Positions 19,276 through 30,592 of a DNA stretch of 64,000 nucleotides are shown in pieces (position 1 is the first letter of the stretch; every line of letters begins with the position of its first letter). The notes under the pieces are model-generated. The model was not told the origin of the DNA, did no database searches, and worked only from the letters and a program-made list of their open reading frames with translations. The stretch is from the sequence record OR529409.1; one strand, given 5' to 3'. The position numbers and the translations under genes were made by a program.

Positions 19276-19842
19276 ATGGGTTTCTCTATTTCTGAAACAG
19301 GTCTAAAAGTAAAGGGTCTTAGAACACCTAATTGCTCTTGGATTAAAAATGCAAATGATCGATTCTATTCAATCGATAATGGTTGGGAGCGGTATATGAA
19401 AGCCTCTACAGAAGAGATCATTAATGGGGTAAAACACATTAACCTCAGTTCACCTGATTTTGGCATTAACGATATTTTGATTAGTTTAATCGTTAGATTC
19501 AATACCGATATTCGTTTGAGCAAAATCTTCAAGAAGGTTAACAATAATGATGTTCCTTCTTTGTTTAATGACAGCGACTTCGTAAAGCATTACACTCAGC
19601 GACCTCATATAGAAAACGGGTTATTGAAATATAACAGTTGGACAGTGGGGGTGGGTCGGCTGCCAAAAATCCAGTCTTTTGATTGGAGAGTGTATGGGTC
19701 TGAGGGATTTAACGTCATAACCATTCCCAACCCAAAACCTAAACTAAAGATCCGGTTTACAAGAAGCGATAAACCAGGCTACGTTAATTTTGTTGTTAAA
19801 GAACAACCAGGGCTTAACGAATGGGAGAAAGTTTATGAGTAA
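19276..19842 (+). CDS. Hypothetical protein
   Basis: aggag RBS, operon context. Confidence 0.75.
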   Translation: MGFSISETGLKVKGLRTPNCSWIKNANDRFYSIDNGWERYMKASTEEIINGVKHINLSSPDFGINDILISLIVRFNTDIRLSKIFKKVNNNDVPSLFNDSDFVKHYTQRPHIENGLLKYNSWTVGVGRLPKIQSFDWRVYGSEGFNVITIPNPKPKLKIRFTRSDKPGYVNFVVKEQPGLNEWEKVYE

Positions 19843-20329
19843 TCGGGGGTTATCGTCGAGTCCTTATAAGAGCAGACTCGAGAAGAAAAAGAAAGATAAA
19901 AAGAGAGCACGTATTCTTGGAGGTCCTAAACTGAGAGGACGTAAAAGCGCTCAACAGAGAGTACAAATAGATTCATTCCTGGAAAGGGTTATTGGTGATG
20001 CCGAATCATGGGCGGAGCGACAAAAGACAGAAGAGTGGTTAAAGAATCCGCTTTATCCCTATTGGCGTAAGGATCCCTTCGAGATAAGACTCTCCGGGGT
20101 TATCTCTCCTCCTGCGTTTTCCGGTAAAGACTATCGAATGCTTTCTGAAGCGCTTAAAAATGTTGTGTTGGCTAAAACTATCCCCAGTGCTTCCACAGAA
20201 GCACTGAATGGATCGGCTAACCGACAAGAGAGCATTTACAAATCATTCTCTTTTTATAACCATAAAGAGATCGATCTCCGGGACTATGTTAAAGTCCACG
20301 GTCGCCCATTAACTACTAACGGATTCTAA
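19835..20329 (+). CDS. Hypothetical basic protein
   Basis: Start moved to ATG 19835 overlapping the previous stop. Confidence 0.65.
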   Translation: MSNRGLSSSPYKSRLEKKKKDKKRARILGGPKLRGRKSAQQRVQIDSFLERVIGDAESWAERQKTEEWLKNPLYPYWRKDPFEIRLSGVISPPAFSGKDYRMLSEALKNVVLAKTIPSASTEALNGSANRQESIYKSFSFYNHKEIDLRDYVKVHGRPLTTNGF

Positions 20330-20330
20330 C

Positions 20331-20879
20331 ATGGCCAAATCAATCTGGAAACCGGGCGTTAAAATCACTCGTAAAGAAAAGAAAGCACTTCGTCGTTTAA
20401 TGCCTCATCCTAATAAGGGTCGCAGACACTACCAGTGGCGGGTAGAAAACTTACGCATTAGTCACATCATGAAAAACGTATTGAATGATGACGGTTCACT
20501 GAATATCGTTCAGGTTGCTAAACGCTCGGCTCGCGTTTCGGCTAAACTCACGATGAAGAGAGAATTCGCGATATCGCGTGTCCAGGGTAAAGTAAAGGGT
20601 CCGATCTTTACAGAAGTCGATAACGTCGGTCAAAATCAAGGAGAGGCCATCGAGAGACTGAGAACCGGATACCAATTCACCGTGACCTCCCCAGAGTTAG
20701 CGAAAACGATTAGGGAACTCCCCGCTGATATCGATCCGGTCCAATTCAAAGAAACCTGCGATAAGGTTATCGAACAATATCTCAGTGATAACATTAAGAA
20801 CAGAACCGTTAATCCAGAAATAAAAGGAGTACATCTTCGTGGCCAAGCCAGTGACGTATCGTCAGTTCCTAAAGAATAA
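20331..20879 (+). CDS. Hypothetical basic protein
   Basis: 182-aa ORF abutting previous gene. Confidence 0.7.
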   Translation: MAKSIWKPGVKITRKEKKALRRLMPHPNKGRRHYQWRVENLRISHIMKNVLNDDGSLNIVQVAKRSARVSAKLTMKREFAISRVQGKVKGPIFTEVDNVGQNQGEAIERLRTGYQFTVTSPELAKTIRELPADIDPVQFKETCDKVIEQYLSDNIKNRTVNPEIKGVHLRGQASDVSSVPKE

Positions 20880-21093
20880 CGACATCCCGAAGGATAAGAA
20901 AGAACCTCTTATTCCTACCACGGCGGTATTGCTACCGAAACCTGAGGTTCCCAAAGGGCTTAATTCTAGCCTGCGCAGTACTGATGGAACGGGAATAGAT
21001 ACCTTCGGTAATTTAGATGGGAGGTCCGGAAAGATCGAAATACTCAACGCTAAGTATGCTCATGGAGAATGGTTTACTTGGCCTAACAAATAG
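20839..21093 (+). CDS. Hypothetical protein
   Basis: GTG start with aagga upstream. Confidence 0.55.
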   Translation: MAKPVTYRQFLKNNDIPKDKKEPLIPTTAVLLPKPEVPKGLNSSLRSTDGTGIDTFGNLDGRSGKIEILNAKYAHGEWFTWPNK

Positions 21094-21111
21094 AAAGGGT
21101 GGGACGACGTA

Positions 21112-22484
<1,373 letters not shown>

Positions 22485-22955
22485 ATGACCGTCAATATTT
22501 GTATAGGTGACGCAGAGATCACACCGCATGATCCAGATGATTTAGATCGCGAAATGGGAATCAGCGTTAAGGTTATTGAAAGAGATAACGAGGTTCCATT
22601 TAGATTGGGAATCTGGGAGTCTAACCGACTAGATTATCGTTATAGTTTTTTGGAGAATTTCTGTCGGGAAGTGGGAATATTGGATATCTTCTTTTGCGTT
22701 TATGTTAATGACGATGGATCTGAGAACCACGTAGAACTTTATGGAAATCCGGGGACGAAGTGGCTATCGGACAACACGCTTAGATCTTTTAAGAATGCTC
22801 TGAATGGTTATCAGGCCAAGTATCCGGATATAAAGATACAGGACGAGATAACTTCAGATACAGTAAAAGTTTATTTACATATTTTAACCTGGCTGGTCTA
22901 TTGGTCTGAACGAGCTTTAAGAGATGCCAAAAGACCCGGAATCGAAATCAGTTAG
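22485..22955 (+). CDS. Hypothetical protein
   Basis: Directly follows folA stop. Confidence 0.75.
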   Translation: MTVNICIGDAEITPHDPDDLDREMGISVKVIERDNEVPFRLGIWESNRLDYRYSFLENFCREVGILDIFFCVYVNDDGSENHVELYGNPGTKWLSDNTLRSFKNALNGYQAKYPDIKIQDEITSDTVKVYLHILTWLVYWSERALRDAKRPGIEIS

Positions 22956-22965
22956 AGGAATAAGC

Positions 22966-23529
22966 ATGAAACAGAAATTTCATCATGGCGATTTGGTTTT
23001 TATAAAAGAAGACCTCGGCCCATACATGTCCCATTTCGAAAGTGGGTGTCGGGCTATCGTTCAATACAGTTACAATGATCGTTACGGCGATAAAGATAAA
23101 TCAAAAGAGTTTAAAAATGAGTCTGATATCGGCTATTCTCTTTGGTTGGAAGGGAGGGGAAGTGTCGCCTGGTATCAACAGGACCAACTCATTCTCATTG
23201 AAGAGGGGAGAAGGGATCTCTTAGAACAGTGGGAGAAAGAGGAGGAAGAGAAAAAGATTAGGGAATCTGATCTGGATTATATCTTCTCCATTAAAGATCC
23301 AAATAAGTTGGGTTTTTATAGTCTGCAGGCATTGGCTGACGAGATGGGGTTGGGAACTCTCTGGGGTTCGAGAGGAGAAGGTATCGACCTGGCCCGTAAC
23401 ATGAACATCATACGTCTCATCGCCTCACGCTTTTTGGAATGTGAAAACCCCAAAGAAGAATTTCTAAAATCCGCGAGTGAGTTTAAAGAGAAAGTTTCCT
23501 CTGGTGAAATCAACACGCAGATAAAATAA
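22966..23529 (+). CDS. Hypothetical phage protein
   Basis: gagga RBS before MKQKF. Confidence 0.75.
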   Translation: MKQKFHHGDLVFIKEDLGPYMSHFESGCRAIVQYSYNDRYGDKDKSKEFKNESDIGYSLWLEGRGSVAWYQQDQLILIEEGRRDLLEQWEKEEEEKKIRESDLDYIFSIKDPNKLGFYSLQALADEMGLGTLWGSRGEGIDLARNMNIIRLIASRFLECENPKEEFLKSASEFKEKVSSGEINTQIK

Positions 23530-23580
23530 AACCTTTAACATCTCTTTGTAAATCCAACGGTTATTTTTAGGGAAAACATC

Positions 23581-23925
23581 ATGTTAAAGAAAACACTTAT
23601 TTTTATTGTCGTTGTTATTGTTCTTCTCGGTGCCGCGGCGGAACGTCAACAAAAGAAAGACGCGAGCGAACTCGTTACCTACGATTGCACATATAAGTTG
23701 GCGGGAAGTAAAGAAACGGTCCAGATCTTAAAGTATTCGGATCGGATTGAATACCGTGGTGACACCTACGAAATGGTAAAAGGTTCCGATACGCTCACCG
23801 CCGGGCTGTCTATTCTTTATAAAGATGGAAGTGATTTCTATTTCAGTAAAGAAAAGAATACGTTTCGCCCGGACAGCTCTAGCAGTTATACCGACATGAA
23901 ATGTCATATTTTGGAGGACAAGTAA
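23581..23925 (+). CDS. Membrane-anchored or exported protein
   Basis: N-terminal KK plus hydrophobic stretch. Confidence 0.7.
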   Translation: MLKKTLIFIVVVIVLLGAAAERQQKKDASELVTYDCTYKLAGSKETVQILKYSDRIEYRGDTYEMVKGSDTLTAGLSILYKDGSDFYFSKEKNTFRPDSSSSYTDMKCHILEDK

Positions 23926-24359
23926 TGGAACGGGAAATCGAAAAACAAGATAGCTTTTATATTTCTGAAGGTCATTTGTCTGGGTGTAGCTCCACGTCTT
24001 TCGACAAGGAAGGGTTTTTAGAGAATAACGAGGTCAGTGAAGGACTGGTCGAAAGCCTTGTTGGCGGTTATCTTGAAAGGGAAAACTACGAAGGCGGCCT
24101 TAGTTATTTTGAGGCGCTGATAACCGTTTCCGAAGAAAGAATCGGTCGTGGGTTCAAAACCCACGTGGTAAAACGACATACACTCCATATTGAAGCCGTC
24201 AATGACGAATCAGATACTCTGAAATTCACCATCGATAACGTCGATACGAAAGACTTCGACGCGCTAATAGAACGTTACAACGGGGTGATCTCTGCCTTTG
24301 ATGAGAATCGTCAACATTCCCTGTACTCGGCCTTTGCAACAGCTTTACAATACTGCTAA
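23925..24359 (+). CDS. Hypothetical protein
   Basis: TAATG coupling, ggagg RBS. Confidence 0.7.
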   Translation: MEREIEKQDSFYISEGHLSGCSSTSFDKEGFLENNEVSEGLVESLVGGYLERENYEGGLSYFEALITVSEERIGRGFKTHVVKRHTLHIEAVNDESDTLKFTIDNVDTKDFDALIERYNGVISAFDENRQHSLYSAFATALQYC

Positions 24360-24386
24360 TCAACACCACTTTTAGGAATAAAAATC

Positions 24387-24941
24387 ATGTCTGACATCAA
24401 ACGTATTGCTGACTTAATGTACCAATCGGTTGTTCAAAGAAACCCGGATATTCTGAAAGCCGGACTTATCGTACTGGCCACCGATCAAAACGTAATGGTA
24501 AAATCGTCAGTTTATTTTATCCCCGGGCAGATCACTACCGGGAAGCACGAAGTAGAACGAGAAGTTGAAGAAGCGGCCAAGGAATATGATTTCCGCGTCC
24601 ACCATCTTGATAAGGTTAAGGTGATTTTGGATGAAGGACTTAAAATAAGAGCTGTGATCATCAGCGGCGCGGGCGATTATTTTCCTGGTTTCCAACAACA
24701 GTATCTCGGATATGGTCGGCTCCCTCAAATGGGGGAACTCCACCCTACTGAGGTATTCGAGGTTATTGGGTTTTCTGACGCCGGAATGTATCCCGAAGAC
24801 GTTTTCAGTTTCTACAACGTTCTTTGTAAAATTTACGATAGTAAGCTATCTCCATTGCTTAACCAAAATCGCGGTTCTAACTTTTGTCGGCGGGATGATT
24901 CTTCTTCCACCCCAACTCCTCGCGACAACTACAACGATTAG
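24387..24941 (+). CDS. Hypothetical protein
   Basis: tagga RBS plus ATC-ATG leader. Confidence 0.75.
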   Translation: MSDIKRIADLMYQSVVQRNPDILKAGLIVLATDQNVMVKSSVYFIPGQITTGKHEVEREVEEAAKEYDFRVHHLDKVKVILDEGLKIRAVIISGAGDYFPGFQQQYLGYGRLPQMGELHPTEVFEVIGFSDAGMYPEDVFSFYNVLCKIYDSKLSPLLNQNRGSNFCRRDDSSSTPTPRDNYND

Positions 24942-24950
24942 GAATAAAAA

Positions 24951-25316
24951 ATGATAGTGAGACTTGTGGTTAACCAACATTGTCGTCTAGGTTGGTGGTT
25001 TGAAAGAGAATATTTCTCCCACCTTAATCGTGATCTGAGAGACCTCGCCCCTAAGAATAGTGAGAGGTATTATTCTGGCGGGGAACATGGTGTTAACTTA
25101 CTCACGGATGAAGGTGATGAGATCAGGGCGTGGTTAGAACTCGTCAAAGAAACTTATCCGGTTATTGAAGAAGAGATCGGTTTACTTCTTAAAGAAATCG
25201 GAAACAGTAAAGGTGGTTTTTACGACATGCGTAAAATACTGCAGGATCGTAAACCCTCTTTACTTTGGCGGTGGTCTCCATTGAACAAGGATTTCTTACC
25301 TCCTTCTGTATTTTGA
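24951..25316 (+). CDS. Hypothetical protein, paralogue of 28933..29325
   Basis: Shared RLG, L.DLAP, WL.LV...P...EE..L and LL.W motifs. Confidence 0.75.
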   Translation: MIVRLVVNQHCRLGWWFEREYFSHLNRDLRDLAPKNSERYYSGGEHGVNLLTDEGDEIRAWLELVKETYPVIEEEIGLLLKEIGNSKGGFYDMRKILQDRKPSLLWRWSPLNKDFLPPSVF

Positions 25317-25401
25317 TCTGCTGTAATACCCAGACAAGGATGTCGTCAACACAGCTTAGCGCTGTTTAGAGTCAACTAACTAAACTCAACGAGGAATAAA
25401 C

Positions 25402-26277
25402 ATGTTAAGAAATATCCACGAATGCATCCGCGCCATCGATATCTATTCTGGTGTAGTGATGTCGCTCAGACTCAACGCAGATGATCGAGTAGAACGTCTC
25501 ACTGCGTCGATCATGATCTCAGATAGACACGATAACCGGTTCTTAATCTTACCAGATGAAATTAGAACATTCACACAAACCATCCGTGAGTTTGTGCACG
25601 GAATTATACCAGGATTTAATCCTAACACACCTAAACTTCAATATGTCGTAGTAGAAAACCTGAAAGAAAAACGGGTTAACATTTCTTTTAAAGGAACGAC
25701 GATAAAAGTGGGCGGGGATAGAGACCCAAGGATCAATCTTACCGAGATTCTTGAAACGATATCACTCTGGCACCCTTTCATTATTCAGTGGCCAATTAAC
25801 GGGGTGGTTGACTGCGCCGAATTGAATAAACTAAACAGAATGCTGTTGCTTCATCGAGACTCCGGCAACTTCCTTAAAGTTCTAACTCGACAAGGAAATA
25901 TGTCCAATCCGCTGACGACCATTACCGTAAGAGATGGTCGAGGATCTCGCAAGGAGCTGGTGATTTCTAACAGAACCCAATTCTCGATGATTATTTCTGG
26001 TACTGCCGGTAAAGACATCTTGGAGTTGATTATCGAAACGCTCCAATCTAAACCAATGTTAGGTAATCGGAAAGGTCGCATCAAAGAGCTGGCAGGGAAG
26101 TACGTTTTTGTCTGCTCCTTGATAAAAGCCCCTCGTAAAGAAAACTTTGATCGACACCAGCTCACGATTATGAGTGAGGTCGGACCTTATCCTCAAGCGA
26201 TCCGTTTAAATTTTGAAACAGATCAAGAAAGAAATGAAATTATTTCTGGGTTAGAACACGCCTTAACAATCGTTTAA
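25402..26277 (+). CDS. Hypothetical protein
   Basis: 291-aa ORF, gagga RBS. Confidence 0.75.
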   Translation: MLRNIHECIRAIDIYSGVVMSLRLNADDRVERLTASIMISDRHDNRFLILPDEIRTFTQTIREFVHGIIPGFNPNTPKLQYVVVENLKEKRVNISFKGTTIKVGGDRDPRINLTEILETISLWHPFIIQWPINGVVDCAELNKLNRMLLLHRDSGNFLKVLTRQGNMSNPLTTITVRDGRGSRKELVISNRTQFSMIISGTAGKDILELIIETLQSKPMLGNRKGRIKELAGKYVFVCSLIKAPRKENFDRHQLTIMSEVGPYPQAIRLNFETDQERNEIISGLEHALTIV

Positions 26278-26279
26278 CC

Positions 26280-26314
26280 TATACTCCTACTCCCGATAAG
26301 GGAGTAGGAGTATA
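26280..26314 (+). terminator. Hairpin; 29-bp core is the exact reverse complement of 45520..45548
   Basis: tatactcctactccc-gataa-gggagtaggagtata. Confidence 0.75.
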
Positions 26315-26472
26315 AACCTTATTATTTTTTACTTGTATTTATTTATAGATCTTTATTATCAAAGCGTAAACTAAAACAACTGTTGACCTTATATGGTTGT
26401 TTTTTCCTAACCGAGGAAATGGAAGTCCTCGGTCTTTTTTAATACGGAATACAAATTTAGGAAACCCACATC

Positions 26473-26889
26473 ATGAAAAATATCTTTATCGCCCTCTCTC
26501 TGTTCGTTTTCTCCTTCTCTGCGCTGGCTGAGGATTTTGTCTGTAAGACAGAAGCCTATGTCGACGATCCGAAAGGAACCGATCCGGCCGTAATAACTCA
26601 AGGCGTTTACAGTTTTGACTACAATCGCTCTACCGATGTTTTAACCAAAATTGATGGTAAGAAAGATGACTTCGCAGTCCCTACCTTTGCGGTAGGTAAG
26701 GACGACAAAGGCATCACCATCCGCGTGGGGCATAAAGGAAAAATGGCGTATTGGTTTGGGTTTAACGGCCGGGCTATCGATTCCGTCATTATGGCGGAAT
26801 ATAAAACCATGATAACCCGAGATTCTTTTAAAGGGGATACCATGGCGAAAACAGTTTATTTGAAAATGTACAGCGACTGTTCTTATTAA
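26473..26889 (+). CDS. Secreted protein
   Basis: Sec signal peptide MKNIFIALSLFVFSFSALA; two Cys. Confidence 0.8.
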   Translation: MKNIFIALSLFVFSFSALAEDFVCKTEAYVDDPKGTDPAVITQGVYSFDYNRSTDVLTKIDGKKDDFAVPTFAVGKDDKGITIRVGHKGKMAYWFGFNGRAIDSVIMAEYKTMITRDSFKGDTMAKTVYLKMYSDCSY

Positions 26890-26898
26890 GGGTCGACG

Positions 26899-27594
26899 AT
26901 GAAAAGAAATGTGTTTGTCGAAATGCTCGACAACGGAGTGAGGATAAGAGCGCTTTCAGAAGATGCTAAATCCACACTGATCGACCACACGTTCACCACT
27001 CAATCGTTGTTGACTTCCGAACAGTTTCAACGGCTAGTGGACATCACAGAAGAGAATTGGGAGATCGAAAGTCAGTTTAGAAGATCTGTCCAGCTGTGTG
27101 TCCACTGGGGTGTGGTTACCAAAGAAATCGTCGACGGGTTAACCGAATACATCGGCGATCGTAAAGTTGCTGAACTGGGTTGCGGGCACGGTTATCTTCT
27201 TTCTTGTTTAAAAGAAAAAGGAGTCGATATCCGAGGGTACGACCTGGGGATCGAATCAGGAGAGGCCGAAGAATGGTTGGGTTCCAAAATCGTAACCGAT
27301 AAGAAACATCATTTGTTTGCTTCTTATACTTCGGGTAATTATAACGAACTCTCGTTCGATTATTACGATATCATTCTCATGGTCTGGCCTCGTAATGCCG
27401 ATCAAGCATTACTCAAAATGAAGCCTGGGCAGACGCTCATTCTCATCGGGGAATTGGACGGCTGCACCGGAGGCCCTCTTCAAGAGAGGATTTTGAATGA
27501 GCGTTTTGAAGTCATAGAAGAAAATTTCTTAGGGAAGCATTATATCCGCTGGGATGGACTCCACGACAAGATTAACATTTATCGTAAAAACTGA
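26899..27594 (+). CDS. Class I SAM-dependent methyltransferase-like protein
   Basis: VAELGCGHG..GYD motif I; ILMVWP; IGELDGCTG. Confidence 0.75.
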   Translation: MKRNVFVEMLDNGVRIRALSEDAKSTLIDHTFTTQSLLTSEQFQRLVDITEENWEIESQFRRSVQLCVHWGVVTKEIVDGLTEYIGDRKVAELGCGHGYLLSCLKEKGVDIRGYDLGIESGEAEEWLGSKIVTDKKHHLFASYTSGNYNELSFDYYDIILMVWPRNADQALLKMKPGQTLILIGELDGCTGGPLQERILNERFEVIEENFLGKHYIRWDGLHDKINIYRKN

Positions 27595-27621
27595 CATCAA
27601 CTTTATTTAGGGAAACGTATC

Positions 27622-28077
27622 ATGTCATTACTGAAAAACATCGTTATTAAATCTTCTTCTATTTCCGCCATCTGTGGGATTCCGACTTATAAGGATAAAC
27701 CCTGCGCTTACACCAACGTGGGGTTCAATCGCAAACTTTACGGTACTGGTGTGGACTACGTCCTCGATAATTCGGATGGGATCCTCAAACAAACTAATCT
27801 GGATGAAGCCAGTTCTGATCAGCCGACTAAACTTAACGGTGTTTTCGTTATTAAACACATGACGGGGTTGGTTGACGGCAATTCCTGCGTAATCGGGGTT
27901 AAGGACGACGTCATCCTTTGCGTAGCAGATAACAAAGGGCTTATTTGGACCCACCCCACCCATTCCACAATGACCATTCAGGATGAATGCCTCAAAGAGG
28001 TGATGACTCCGGATGGATTCGAGCAGTATAAACTGGGGCGCAAACGTCGCTTCTCTGATGATCTGGCTTTCTTTTAA
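27622..28077 (+). CDS. Hypothetical protein
   Basis: taggg RBS plus leader. Confidence 0.75.
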   Translation: MSLLKNIVIKSSSISAICGIPTYKDKPCAYTNVGFNRKLYGTGVDYVLDNSDGILKQTNLDEASSDQPTKLNGVFVIKHMTGLVDGNSCVIGVKDDVILCVADNKGLIWTHPTHSTMTIQDECLKEVMTPDGFEQYKLGRKRRFSDDLAFF

Positions 28078-28089
28078 AGGAAACGAAAA

Positions 28090-28404
28090 ATGCACTCGCA
28101 ACTCACGACCATTATCGACACGGTAGAACGGGTTAAAAACGATCGGTTTAATCCCGAGACCTTTATTACCAGTCGAAAAGTAAGCACCAACGATATGGTG
28201 TTTTCTTACAGTTACCTTTTGGGTAATCTTTACATCAAAGGTGCGTTCGACGACGGCGAATTCGAAATCTTCAAAGATCACGCTACCTGGCAGGTTTGGA
28301 TCTGGGGCGAAAAGAAACCGGATCGCTGTCAGTTCTCCTGTCCTGAACACGGGTACGATAAAGTAAAACACTTTATCGAAACCACTTTCCCAGAAACGAA
28401 ATAA
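28090..28404 (+). CDS. Hypothetical protein
   Basis: aagga RBS. Confidence 0.75.
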   Translation: MHSQLTTIIDTVERVKNDRFNPETFITSRKVSTNDMVFSYSYLLGNLYIKGAFDDGEFEIFKDHATWQVWIWGEKKPDRCQFSCPEHGYDKVKHFIETTFPETK

Positions 28405-28446
28405 CGTGGTTGGGGAGAAACCTCCCCAACTAATTAAGAGGCCGAT

Positions 28447-28923
28447 ATGGATACCATTTCAGTATTAACTCATCAAATTGTCGTCGTTCAAATGGATGAG
28501 GAAACGCTCACTTTGAAAGATCTTCGTCATGACGGCACGCTGGTCTTCAAGCACTTTGATGATAATTCCCCCCGAGCGACGTTGAATGATCTGAAAAGGT
28601 TATTTGAGGCGGGAGACCTCCTCCTGAGAATCAAAGGACATAATGAGATAGGTGTTTCAGAAGGGTTTGATTTTACTGGCTACGTCGAATTGCACAACGT
28701 AGTCCTCACCGACCCAATTCTGGAAAACACGGATCTTCTTGACGTCAGCCTCCCTAACAACACTTTCTTATCGGTGCGCTTTGCTTCTCTAGAACGTGTC
28801 TCCACTGATGTCAAGTCAAAGAAAATCTTTTTGGCTTATGGGCTATATGCCGGGACTGATTTAACGACAGCCGGTGACATCAATCTCGTTAATGGTCAGC
28901 GGTGTAACTTGGATAGAATTTAA
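28447..28923 (+). CDS. Hypothetical protein
   Basis: gagg RBS after hairpin at ~28408. Confidence 0.7.
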   Translation: MDTISVLTHQIVVVQMDEETLTLKDLRHDGTLVFKHFDDNSPRATLNDLKRLFEAGDLLLRIKGHNEIGVSEGFDFTGYVELHNVVLTDPILENTDLLDVSLPNNTFLSVRFASLERVSTDVKSKKIFLAYGLYAGTDLTTAGDINLVNGQRCNLDRI

Positions 28924-28932
28924 GAGGTAGCC

Positions 28933-29325
28933 ATGATTACTGTCGATTTAACAATGGGTTGCGTGACTCGTCTGGGTCTGATCGTCAACAGAATCCAAAA
29001 TTATCCGCGTCATAAGGCCCTCAAAGATTTAGCTCCGCTATTTATCTTTGATGAAACCAATTGGTTTTATCCGCGTTGCGAAATAAAGTGGAATAACCCG
29101 GAAACCTTAATCACCTGGCTGGGGTTGGTGGCTGATGAATTTCCCGAAGTCGGCGAAGAGGTCGAATTGATCGTTCGTGCGATCGAGGGTAAAACGTCCG
29201 GTCGGGTCAGTGTTTTTGATTTACTCAATACCCCCACCCACCAACATCTTCTCCTGGTTTGGGATATCCATGAGAAAAAGACAACGGTTAAACATCCCGG
29301 CGGGGACCATCCCTTCTTTAAATAA
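28933..29325 (+). CDS. Hypothetical protein, paralogue of 24951..25316
   Basis: Motif sharing as above; gaggt RBS. Confidence 0.75.
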   Translation: MITVDLTMGCVTRLGLIVNRIQNYPRHKALKDLAPLFIFDETNWFYPRCEIKWNNPETLITWLGLVADEFPEVGEEVELIVRAIEGKTSGRVSVFDLLNTPTHQHLLLVWDIHEKKTTVKHPGGDHPFFK

Positions 29326-29351
29326 TCCGTTTTTCTTTAGGAATTAACATC

Positions 29352-29729
29352 ATGTCTAAGTTATCATCTTCAGCGGTAAATGATTTATTTTGTGACTGTT
29401 TGGCTGAATCAGAAGAAGATCCCGACGTAAAGGTCGTAGTGGGCATCGTAGGGGTCTTTATCTTCGATCCCGCTAAACTTATTGAAAACAAAGAAAGTAT
29501 CGTTTCTTTTCTCATGGAGCTTCCTGAGAAATTTCAGGAAGAGAAAGGAGGCGGGTGGAGTTTCCTCGAAGCTTGTATGGATAAAGAGGGAAACCACTGG
29601 GCAGAACATCCAACCATCGAACGGCTAATGGGTCTGGGAATCGCCATAGATAAAGTTGAATACGTTCTACCGCGCGAAATGTGGTCCGTCCTCCCAGGCG
29701 GAATGCCGTATTTTGTTATTAAGAAATAA
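29352..29729 (+). CDS. Conserved phage protein of unknown function
   Basis: GGGWSFLEACMDKEGNHW and PREMWSVLPGGMPY, a motif pair I recognise from other phage hypotheticals. Confidence 0.75.
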   Translation: MSKLSSSAVNDLFCDCLAESEEDPDVKVVVGIVGVFIFDPAKLIENKESIVSFLMELPEKFQEEKGGGWSFLEACMDKEGNHWAEHPTIERLMGLGIAIDKVEYVLPREMWSVLPGGMPYFVIKK

Positions 29730-29758
29730 CCAAACCTAACTTTTGAAAGGAACATCCA

Positions 29759-30217
29759 ATGAAAAGCATCGTTTTAGTTTTACTCTCTTTCTTTTCCGCT
29801 TCCGTATTTGCTGGCGCAATGGGAATGGTCGATCCTCTGGACGTTGTAGGTGATCGTTGCGCCCCAGGCGATATCGTCTTTTACGGTCAAACCGAAAAGG
29901 GTCATAAAGAAGTTCTCGTCTGCCGTTGGGACAATGATGTATTTTATTCCTACGGTAAGATCGGTCAGAAACCAGAGCTGTATCTTAAAGTTAACGTTCG
30001 CGACGTAAGGGCTCAGGTTGAAGACACCGACAGCACCAGCGGCGAGCAAGTCATCATCAAAAATGGCGACACGCTTTATTACGTTGGCGCGAAATCTTAC
30101 TTCAACGAAGCTAAAGATGTGGGTTGGGTTAACGTTACCGATACCAATGGTAAAAAGATCGTTAACATTCCACTGGTAGGCAGCGGAACCATAAGCGACA
30201 TTCGTAATCAATTTTAA
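29759..30217 (+). CDS. Secreted periplasmic-type protein
   Basis: Signal peptide ending VFA; C..F..T.KG.KEV.VC..YSYGK.G.KPEL pattern. Confidence 0.8.
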   Translation: MKSIVLVLLSFFSASVFAGAMGMVDPLDVVGDRCAPGDIVFYGQTEKGHKEVLVCRWDNDVFYSYGKIGQKPELYLKVNVRDVRAQVEDTDSTSGEQVIIKNGDTLYYVGAKSYFNEAKDVGWVNVTDTNGKKIVNIPLVGSGTISDIRNQF

Positions 30218-30231
30218 CTGGGTGGGTTAAG

Positions 30232-30579
30232 ATGACTTATAAAGAGCTCAATGAACTACTCTCTACCAAAACACCGACCGAACAGTTTGTTTGGTTGGAA
30301 GCGGAAGTGAAACGTCTCGGTCTCGAGATCACCGATAAACGCCACGCCGATTGGATGACTGAAGGAAAGCAAGATCCTTTCGGAGGACGGTATGATGACG
30401 ATGACCGCCCGCATCAATCTCAACATACCGACTATGACGTAGGGAACGCCGTTTACCTGGCGGATCGGCACGACCTCAGTCTCATCGCTCAACAAACCGA
30501 AGCTAAAGAACGCATCCGCTGGCTATCCCGGCAGTTGTATAAACATCGATTAATCCAGGCTATCCTTTTAGCCGAATAA
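30232..30579 (+). CDS. Hypothetical phage protein
   Basis: C-terminal AKERIRWLSRQL motif. Confidence 0.75.
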   Translation: MTYKELNELLSTKTPTEQFVWLEAEVKRLGLEITDKRHADWMTEGKQDPFGGRYDDDDRPHQSQHTDYDVGNAVYLADRHDLSLIAQQTEAKERIRWLSRQLYKHRLIQAILLAE

Positions 30580-30592
30580 CAAAGGTATCACC

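Noticed and set aside
23581-23925. MliC/PliC lysozyme inhibitor
   Set aside because: Only vague resemblance; lacks the SASGARY-type motif.
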